From an archaeon (lineage in GTDB: Archaea; SpSt-1190; DYHY01): a stretch of 14,931 bases of DNA. Position 1 is the first letter of the stretch; each line of letters opens with the position of its first letter. A program made the position numbers and the translations under genes. Below, piece after piece: positions 8,679 to 14,110 of the stretch. The notes beneath the pieces are model-generated. The model was not told the DNA's origin, did no database searches, and worked only from the letters and a program-made list of their open reading frames with translations. The DNA lies in NCBI GenBank assembly GCA_043803745.1, contig JAZDJS010000030.1, positions 1-14,931 of the forward strand, in the 5' to 3' direction.

Positions 8679-9350
8679 TCAGCCGGGACAGAGCTTTTCC
8701 GGGTTCAGCGCCTCGGCAAGAAGTCTCCCCGAATAGTAGCCCCTGCGTGCGAAAGCCTTTACCTCGAAAACCTTCCCAATTCCCTCGCAATACACCAGAA
8801 CATATGTCGAGTTGTAGACGATTTCCTCCGGAAGGCATATCCCGTAATTGCGCCTGCTTCCCGCGCCAAGGAGGAAAGCCTGCGCATCCGGCTCGGAAAG
8901 AACCTGGACCGGGCGGGTTTCGTTAGCGCAGAAGAACTCCCTTGTTATTGCCCCGGGATACGGGGATGCGACCGGAAGGAAAACCGATTTCAGGAGGAGC
9001 GCCTTTGTCGCGATCAGGTCCTCGGCATAGGGCCGGTCGGCTTTCAGATATGCGTTGACAATGGCGTAATATCCGGTCCCGTTAACGCTTGCCGAAATCC
9101 GGTTTTCATCCCGCTGAATCTCGATTGAATTCTGTTGGAGCTCCTCAGGGAACCCCTCAGGGAACCCTCCAGGGAACCCCTCGGGGAAGAACGAGCTTTC
9201 CAGGATTCTTCCGGCAACGAGCTCGATTTCCTCCCGGTTCGCTTTCCGTTCCGACTCGCCCTGGAAGAGCAGGAAAGCCGCGAGGGAAACGACAAGAAGC
9301 AGGGCTGCGCCCAGAGCGAACGCCGAAGCAGGCCACTTCCTTTTTTTCAT
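8679..9350 (-). CDS. Hypothetical membrane-anchored protein (223 aa)
   Basis: Start reassigned to ATG 9350 (MKKRKW followed by a hydrophobic helix), with BRE/TATA about 33 nt upstream. The ORF-track extension to 9596 overlaps mscS and its promoter. Confidence 0.7.
   Translation of the reverse strand: MKKRKWPASAFALGAALLLVVSLAAFLLFQGESERKANREEIELVAGRILESSFFPEGFPGGFPEGFPEELQQNSIEIQRDENRISASVNGTGYYAIVNAYLKADRPYAEDLIATKALLLKSVFLPVASPYPGAITREFFCANETRPVQVLSEPDAQAFLLGAGSRRNYGICLPEEIVYNSTYVLVYCEGIGKVFEVKAFARRGYYSGRLLAEALNPEKLCPG
9141..9188 (+). repeat. 12-bp minisatellite GGGAACCCCTCA, about 4 copies (array 2)
   Basis: CTCCTCA, GGGAACCCCTCA, GGGAACCCTCCA, GGGAACCCCTCG, GGGAA; read as FPEGFPGGFPEGFPEE in the minus-strand gene. 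Confidence 0.95.
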
Positions 9351-9377
9351 TTGCTCGGAAGCGGCTTCAATCTCCGG

Positions 9378-9391
9378 GATAAATGCTTTCC
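9378..9391 (-). promoter_or_regulatory. BRE/TATA promoter of the 9350 gene
   Basis: Minus strand GGAAAGCA-TTTATC. Confidence 0.5.
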
Positions 9392-9393
9392 GC

Positions 9394-9435
9394 GGGAACC
9401 CCTCAGGGAACCCTCCAGGGAACTCCTCAGGGGAA
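9394..9435 (+). repeat. 12-bp minisatellite GGGAACCCCTCA, about 3.5 copies (array 3, intergenic)
   Basis: GGGAACCCCTCA, GGGAACCCTCCA, GGGAACTCCTCA, GGGGAA; lies between two divergent promoters. Confidence 0.95.
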
Positions 9436-9439
9436 TTTT

Positions 9440-9456
9440 GAAAAACCGTTATAAAC
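9440..9456 (+). promoter_or_regulatory. BRE/TATA promoter of mscS-GNAT
   Basis: GAAAAACCG-TTATAAA with TATA at 9449, 30 nt before ATG 9479. Confidence 0.65.
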
Positions 9457-9478
9457 TCCCTCGCGCAATTGGCAGGGA

Positions 9479-10486
9479 ATGGCCGTCTCCGCCCTTTTTG
9501 TGATTGCCCTCGAGATGATAGGGATGGCTGCAGCGGGCTACATTGTCGGAAAAACAGTCCACCTTCTCCTGCGGCTAATCCTGAACAAGATTGCAAAAAG
9601 GACCGAAACGAAGCTTGACGATTTCATTCTTGAGGAGCTTGACAAGCCTCTCGAGATAATAGCCGCCTTCGTAGTGATATACGAGCTTTCACGCCATCTT
9701 GAAAACCTTGTCGCCCTTCGGGAGGTGATCTCCAAGTATGCGCTTTCGATAATAATTTTCCTTTCAGCATACACTGCGGCGGAGGTTTTCGGCGCGTTCC
9801 TCCGCTGGTACTATCTTGAGGGCCGGGAGCAGCGCCACCTGAAGAACATCAAGGTTGACATTTCCCTCCTGCCTTTCCTTAGGAAGCTTTCCAAGCTCGT
9901 GATCGTTTCAATAGGGCTCACCGTGGCGCTTTCCTTCCTGGGCATAAACGTCACCGGATTTTTCGCGCTTGCGAGCGTCGTCGGGGTGATAATCGGTCTT
10001 GCCTCGCAGGAGACTCTTGCGAACATCTTTGCGGGGCTCGCCCTCCAGCTTGACAGGCCCTTCCTTTACGGGGAATATCTCAAGTTCTCGACCGGCGAGG
10101 TTGCGCGCTTGGTGAAGATAGGTCTCCGGAGCACAAGGCTCGAGGACCTGAACGGCAACATAATAATAATCTCCAACAGCGAGCTTGCCAAGCAGAAGAT
10201 AACGAATCTCTCCCGTCCGACTGACGAGTTCGGCTCATCTGTTGTCGCGGAGCTCCCCAATGATGCGAACCTGGATGCTTTCGAGGACTTCATGACGGTC
10301 CGCCTCGCCAAATCGACCATCCCGGGCCTCAAGAAGGACAAGATGAAGATTTACATCGAGAGGGTTGCGGACACTGGAACAACGGTTGCAATCGCTTTCG
10401 GCGTTACCGCGCACCCCCACCTGGCCGATGCCCGGGACTTTTTCAACCGGACCGTCCTGGAGTTTTTGAGAAAGAAGAAAAGCTGA
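9479..10486 (+). CDS. mscS: Small-conductance mechanosensitive channel (MscS family)
   Basis: Several TM helices, then IGLASQETLANIFAGLALQLDRPFLYGEYL...IGLRSTRL...IIISNSEL...ITNLS. Confidence 0.92.
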   Translation: MAVSALFVIALEMIGMAAAGYIVGKTVHLLLRLILNKIAKRTETKLDDFILEELDKPLEIIAAFVVIYELSRHLENLVALREVISKYALSIIIFLSAYTAAEVFGAFLRWYYLEGREQRHLKNIKVDISLLPFLRKLSKLVIVSIGLTVALSFLGINVTGFFALASVVGVIIGLASQETLANIFAGLALQLDRPFLYGEYLKFSTGEVARLVKIGLRSTRLEDLNGNIIIISNSELAKQKITNLSRPTDEFGSSVVAELPNDANLDAFEDFMTVRLAKSTIPGLKKDKMKIYIERVADTGTTVAIAFGVTAHPHLADARDFFNRTVLEFLRKKKS

Positions 10487-10487
10487 G

Positions 10488-10961
10488 ATGGCGCGGATAC
10501 GAAAATTCCGGCTCTGTGAGGACTCTTCAGAGCTAGGGCGCATGATACGGCGGACAATACAATCTTGCAACTCCCGGGACTATCCTCCGAAAGTTATCCA
10601 GTTGCAGAAGAAGCGTTTCACCGAAAAGAGACTCTCGGAGGGAAACTATCCCCGCTGGGTTGCAGTTGAAAAGGGAAAACTCGTCGGAACTGTTGCAGCA
10701 AAGGCTGAATCGGAGATTTCAGCCCTTTTCGTTCTCCCTTCTTATCAGGGGCAAGGAATCGGGGAACGGCTTTTGAAAACCGCGGAAAATCACATTTTCA
10801 GAAAATGTCCCAAGGCAAAGCTCCATTCGAGCCTGGGTGCTGCCGGTTTCTATCTTCTGAACGGCTACCGGAAGATCAAAGTGGAAACTATCGGGGCGAA
10901 GACCGTACGATTCAAGGTAGTTTTGATGGAGAAGGACGCGCCCAAACGCAGTTTCTCTTGA
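10488..10961 (+). CDS. GNAT family N-acetyltransferase
   Basis: Acetyl-CoA motif LFVLPSYQGQGIGERLL and AAGFYLLNGY. Confidence 0.9.
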   Translation: MARIRKFRLCEDSSELGRMIRRTIQSCNSRDYPPKVIQLQKKRFTEKRLSEGNYPRWVAVEKGKLVGTVAAKAESEISALFVLPSYQGQGIGERLLKTAENHIFRKCPKAKLHSSLGAAGFYLLNGYRKIKVETIGAKTVRFKVVLMEKDAPKRSFS

Positions 10962-10992
10962 GCGGTTTTTCCCTGGGAGAAAAGCAGTTCTG

Positions 10993-11057
10993 GTGTCTGT
11001 GCTGATACACGGACCTCACGTGAACGCTCGGCAGGAGGAGGTCGAAGCATCAGGCGC
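10993..11057 (+). ncRNA. Candidate structured RNA 'B' carrying blocks antisense to the adjacent tRNA-Leu (strand uncertain)
   Basis: Hairpin GTGTCTG/CAGGCGC, TGCT/AGCA, GACCTC/GAGGTC. 11007-11018 equals 11156-11167 and 11031-11041 equals 11118-11128. Two G-U pairs in the basal stem favour the + strand. Confidence 0.4.
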
Positions 11058-11085
11058 GATTTGGTTCTTTTACGCCCGTCAACGG

Positions 11086-11107
11086 ATTTTTTCTTACAAG
11101 AAAAAAT
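11086..11107. terminator. Bidirectional T-tract terminator (10-bp inverted repeat)
   Basis: ATTTTTTCTT-AC-AAGAAAAAAT gives a T6 tract on both strands, 10 nt past the tRNA 3' end. Confidence 0.65.
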
Positions 11108-11116
11108 GGGTTGGAG

Positions 11117-11200
11117 TGCAGGAGGAGGGACTCGAACCCACGAAGGCACTAAGCCACACGGACCTCAACCGTGCCCCTTTGACCGCTTGGGTACCCCTGC
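11117..11200 (-). tRNA. tRNA-Leu(GAG), intronless, CCA not encoded
   Basis: Minus strand: acceptor GCAGGGG/CTCCTGC plus discriminator A; D arm CCC-AAGCGGTCAAA-GGG; anticodon arm CACGG-TTGAGGT-CCGTG; long variable arm GGC-TTAGT-GCC; T arm GTGGG-TTCGAGT-CCCTC. Confidence 0.95.
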
Positions 11201-11226
11201 TTTTTTCTTCTTTCTTCGCTTTTCCC

Positions 11227-11300
11227 CAGGGGACCCCTTCTCGGTTGGCCGCTTGTGCTCCTCAGAGCATCTCCGGCGGATGCCTTCGAGGTACCCCTGC
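11227..11300 (-). ncRNA. Candidate structured leader/RNA 'A': interrupted copy of the tRNA-Leu 5' third
   Basis: Minus strand GCAGGGGTACC-[34 nt]-CAAGCGGCCAA-[6 nt]-AGGGG vs tRNA GCAGGGGTACC CAAGCGGTCAA AGGGG. Closed by CAGGGG/CCCCTG and starts at the predicted TSS. Confidence 0.45.
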
Positions 11301-11323
11301 GTTTCCTTGCTCTGCACGCAAAC

Positions 11324-11342
11324 CCTTTTTAATGCTTTTTTC
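11324..11342 (-). promoter_or_regulatory. BRE/TATA promoter upstream of element A and tRNA-Leu
   Basis: Minus strand AAAAAGCA-TTAAAAA with TATA starting at 11332. The ~30-nt spacing seen for other genes here predicts a start at about 11300-11302. Confidence 0.6.
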
Positions 11343-11346
11343 CCCG

Positions 11347-12537
11347 CTAATCCTTCCTTTTTGAAACGGTGACTGTTGTCCGGATCTCCTTTTTCTCGAA
11401 CCTTTCAATCCGGGAATTGTCAATTTCCCCTTCAATTATCATCCTCCGGAGGGCGAACTGGTTGAACTCCTCTACTTTCTCCCAAATCCCCTTTTCCTTG
11501 AGCAGGGCCACAAACTCGTCCCGTTCCTTCCCTTCCTTCGGGAAGCCGATTACTTCGTCTCTCCTGACTTTTGCAACGAACTCCCTGCCAAAAAGGTTGT
11601 CGACCTTGTTCTCCTCGGAGAACTTGAGGATTGCCTCCCTGATTTTCTCAAGCTCCTCATCAAGGAGCCTTGTCTGGCTTTTCAGCTTCGCATAGGAATC
11701 CGCAAGGTTCGAGCCGGTTTCGGAGAAGTATTTGTTCTCTTTCGTCGTCGTTCCGGACTTTTTTCCGGCGAAAAGGTGAGCCCGCTTCGGGCAGATTTCC
11801 TGGTATTCACAGTATGGGCAGAGGGCGCTTTCCTTTGCCGGAAAGTTCTTTTCCTTCTTGATTTTTTCAATCAGTCCTGCGGTTCTCTTCGCAAGAGCCT
11901 CGAGTTCCCCTTTCGTCCTCTCCGACCTCATTTCCCTGTCAAGGGCAAGGAAATGCCAGACAAGCCCTATTTTCTTCGCATCGGGGAACTGCTGACGTAT
12001 CCCGAGGGCGTAGAGGGCAAGCTGCCGGTCCCCGTCAAGCTCCTCCTGGCTTTTCAGTTTCTTGTTCGTCTTGTAATCGTGTATTTCGTAATTCCCATTG
12101 CCCGAGGAAACGAGCCTGTCGATGAAGCCAATCATCTGCTCCCCGCCAGGGAGGAGAACGAGGACCTTCGCCTCAAGCCCGAGCGTCTTGCCTTTATCGA
12201 AAGGGGAATAGCGGGAATAATACTCCCGGAGATATCTCTCCCCCATTTTCTTGTAGTTGTCCTTGGTTAATCCGCGCGCCTCGTCGACAATCAAAATCCC
12301 CTCTTCCCAGGTTTCTTCCCAGGTCTTGTTGTAGATAGAGAGAAGCTCCTCAATTGTCGGGATTTTCTCGAATTGGACTAGCGTGTAAAGCTCCTCAAGC
12401 GCGCTGTGGACGGTTTTCCCCAGGAACTGCTCAACTGTCTGGGAAACCTCTACCTCGACCTTGTCAATATACCTGAACTTGAACTTGAGCGGGCACTGCT
12501 CGAAAGCCGAAATCCGTGAATGGGAGAACATCTTCAC
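11347..12537 (-). CDS. PD-(D/E)XK nuclease family protein (RecB/AddB-like, Fe-S Cys motif) with C-terminal extension
   Basis: FSHSRISAFEQCP, GKTVHSALE, LEAKV, GFIDRL, IHDYKT, QLALY and CPYCEYQEICP. Start is GTG 12537 or ATG 12531. Confidence 0.88.
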   Translation of the reverse strand: MKMFSHSRISAFEQCPLKFKFRYIDKVEVEVSQTVEQFLGKTVHSALEELYTLVQFEKIPTIEELLSIYNKTWEETWEEGILIVDEARGLTKDNYKKMGERYLREYYSRYSPFDKGKTLGLEAKVLVLLPGGEQMIGFIDRLVSSGNGNYEIHDYKTNKKLKSQEELDGDRQLALYALGIRQQFPDAKKIGLVWHFLALDREMRSERTKGELEALAKRTAGLIEKIKKEKNFPAKESALCPYCEYQEICPKRAHLFAGKKSGTTTKENKYFSETGSNLADSYAKLKSQTRLLDEELEKIREAILKFSEENKVDNLFGREFVAKVRRDEVIGFPKEGKERDEFVALLKEKGIWEKVEEFNQFALRRMIIEGEIDNSRIERFEKKEIRTTVTVSKRKD

Positions 12538-12554
12538 CCGGAAGCTGCTCCGGG

Positions 12555-12570
12555 GAAATTTAACCCTTTT
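12555..12570 (-). promoter_or_regulatory. BRE/TATA promoter of the nuclease gene
   Basis: Minus strand AAAAGGG-TTAAATTT, 26-32 nt before the candidate starts. Confidence 0.55.
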
Positions 12571-12593
12571 GGTGAGTTTTCCGGTGCTCTCGA

Positions 12594-13949
12594 CTACTTA
12601 ACCTCGTCAATTCCTTCCCCGTCTTTACTGCTGTCCGAAACAACTTCGTCAAGCTTCTCCTGGCGTCCGGCCTGCTCTTTCTTCTGCTGCGGGACAACTG
12701 CTTTTTCCGGCTGTTTCTGTTTTCCCGGGAGACCCGGCTTCCTCTTCCCGCCGAACTTTCGGTATAACAGGAACGCGCCAAGACCGCCTGCGCCAAGGAC
12801 TAGACCAATCAGCCAGCCAATGCCGAGCTTTTTCAGGCCGGCCGTGTTGCAGCTCCCCAAGCTGGTTTCGCATTTGGTTACCTGGGCCTGCATGCTCTGC
12901 CTTGTCGAGGAAAGCGCGCCCTCATATGAGGAGATTGTCGCCGAAAGGTTTGACTGAAGAGCCGCCTTTTCGTTTGCAAGCGTCCTGTTGGCATACTCAA
13001 ATGCAATGTTCGCCGACTGGAGCTGGAGAACCTTTACCGCAAGTTCGGATTCGCTCTGTATCGAGAGCTCCCGGTTGCTTTTGTCGGAAAGCCAGTTTAT
13101 CACCGAAAGGCCGAACTTGTCGTTGTTGATTGACTCGTTGAAATAGTCCCTGTCGAAGATGTTCACATCCGAAAGCATGTCGAAATCCGAAAAGACGACG
13201 ACAGCCCCGTTCCCGAAGAACGCTCGGGCGGCAATCGGCGGCTCGCTCCCGACCGGGAACGTTCCCGTCTCAGTGTAGGAGAGGTTTGAGCCCGTTGCGA
13301 TGACCTTGGTCTTCCCTATCGGGGAGTTCACCCGGACCGACTCGACGAAAAGCGGATGCGCCTTGTAAATCGCGACTTTCGAGACGTCGGTCATGCTGGT
13401 GCCCTGGGGATCCGTCTTGTCGGGAAAAGTCCGCACAAGCGCGTAATATTTCCGGTCAGCTGCGGGAATCGCGATTCCGTCCGGGCCCGTTTCGTTGAAG
13501 GGGAAGCTTGAAGTGTCGACAAGCCAGGTCGTCGACTTGTCCATCAGGATTCCGTAGATTTGCCCGAGGTTGTTGACGCCGTCAGGCTCGTCGCCGTTAA
13601 TCAGAAGGCCTCCGCCCTGTACACCGACATACCATCTCAGGGCGAGGATTTCCTCAGTGTCGAGGGGGCGGACAAGCCCCTGCATTACGACGACATCGTA
13701 ATCCAAGAGCTTTTCCTGGGTGAGCTTGACTTCCGAGCTGCTGATTGACGCGGTTGAATAGCCGGTCCCTTGGAGAAGCCCGTTGAACCGGGTATAGCCG
13801 GTCCCGGTTATCCGCATTGTTGCCGGGGCCTGGACCTCGTAGAAAAGGATTTTTTTGGTTGCGGTTGCCGAATAGCCGCCTGAAAAGACAAGGATTCCGA
13901 AAATAAAAACCGCGAAAACAATTCCCAATAAGTTGCTGTTTCTGACCAT
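12594..13949 (-). CDS. Cell-surface protein: signal peptide, GldG/DUF4350 (GIFT)-like domain, coiled coil, C-terminal TM and charged tail
   Basis: LLDYDVVVM...EEILALRWYV..GGGLLING...NNL...G.G.VVVFSD..ML...N.KF...VINWL pattern; heptad-like region; GIGWLIGLVLGAGGLGAFLLY followed by RK. Confidence 0.7.
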   Translation of the reverse strand: MVRNSNLLGIVFAVFIFGILVFSGGYSATATKKILFYEVQAPATMRITGTGYTRFNGLLQGTGYSTASISSSEVKLTQEKLLDYDVVVMQGLVRPLDTEEILALRWYVGVQGGGLLINGDEPDGVNNLGQIYGILMDKSTTWLVDTSSFPFNETGPDGIAIPAADRKYYALVRTFPDKTDPQGTSMTDVSKVAIYKAHPLFVESVRVNSPIGKTKVIATGSNLSYTETGTFPVGSEPPIAARAFFGNGAVVVFSDFDMLSDVNIFDRDYFNESINNDKFGLSVINWLSDKSNRELSIQSESELAVKVLQLQSANIAFEYANRTLANEKAALQSNLSATISSYEGALSSTRQSMQAQVTKCETSLGSCNTAGLKKLGIGWLIGLVLGAGGLGAFLLYRKFGGKRKPGLPGKQKQPEKAVVPQQKKEQAGRQEKLDEVVSDSSKDGEGIDEVK

Positions 13950-13971
13950 TTTCCCTTGGAACGTCCTTTCG

Positions 13972-14078
13972 CATATTAAACGGTTATCTTCCTTTCCAGG
14001 TTTATTCGGCCGGAGGGGCTGCCCGAAGCGCGAAATCCGCGGAACGCATCCAGTTTCAAGCGGAAAGGGTTAAATATC
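13972..14078. promoter_or_regulatory. Divergent BRE/TATA promoters for the two surface-protein genes
   Basis: Minus: GATAACCG-TTTAATA (TATA 13980, 31 nt before 13949). Plus: GGAAAGGG-TTAAATA (TATA 14070). Confidence 0.6.
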
Positions 14079-14110
14079 GGGCGGAATTTCATTTTTGCGG
14101 GTAAAAACAG

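Noticed and set aside
6526-9435. 12-bp arrays as CRISPR or TIGR-like arrays
   Set aside because: Units are contiguous with no unique spacers and are too short.
9351-9596. N-terminal extension of the 8679..9596 ORF
   Set aside because: It overlaps mscS and two promoters. It stays open partly because the repeat lacks stops, and a better start with signal anchor and TATA exists at 9350.
11031-11128. attL/attR of an integrated element at tRNA-Leu
   Set aside because: The repeat is only 11 nt and 87 nt away, no integrase is present in the window, and the permuted order and 5'-side copies are unexplained. It remains possible only as an old scar.
11256-11289. 34-nt insertion in element A as a BHB tRNA intron (multi-intron or split tRNA as in ARMAN/Nanoarchaeum)
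   Set aside because: I could not build a bulge-helix-bulge whose cuts restore the ACC/CAAG junction. A plus B also lack parts of the anticodon stem and T arm, so splicing would not give a complete tRNA. A SPLITS-type search should confirm this.
10993-11300. Flanking hairpins as 5S rRNA, SRP RNA, RNase P RNA or a canonical C/D or H/ACA guide
   Set aside because: No 5S, SRP helix-8 or RNase P conserved motifs and no proper RUGAUGA/CUGA boxes. On the minus strand an ACA follows the B hairpin at a plausible distance, but no K-turn is evident on that strand.
10865-11372. Short ORFs 10865..11149, 10993..11364 and 11061..11372
   Set aside because: They overlap the tRNA gene and structured flanks and have no protein-like features.
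11347-12537. cas4 call
   Set aside because: No cas genes or array nearby; length and motifs fit stand-alone RecB-family PD-(D/E)XK nucleases.
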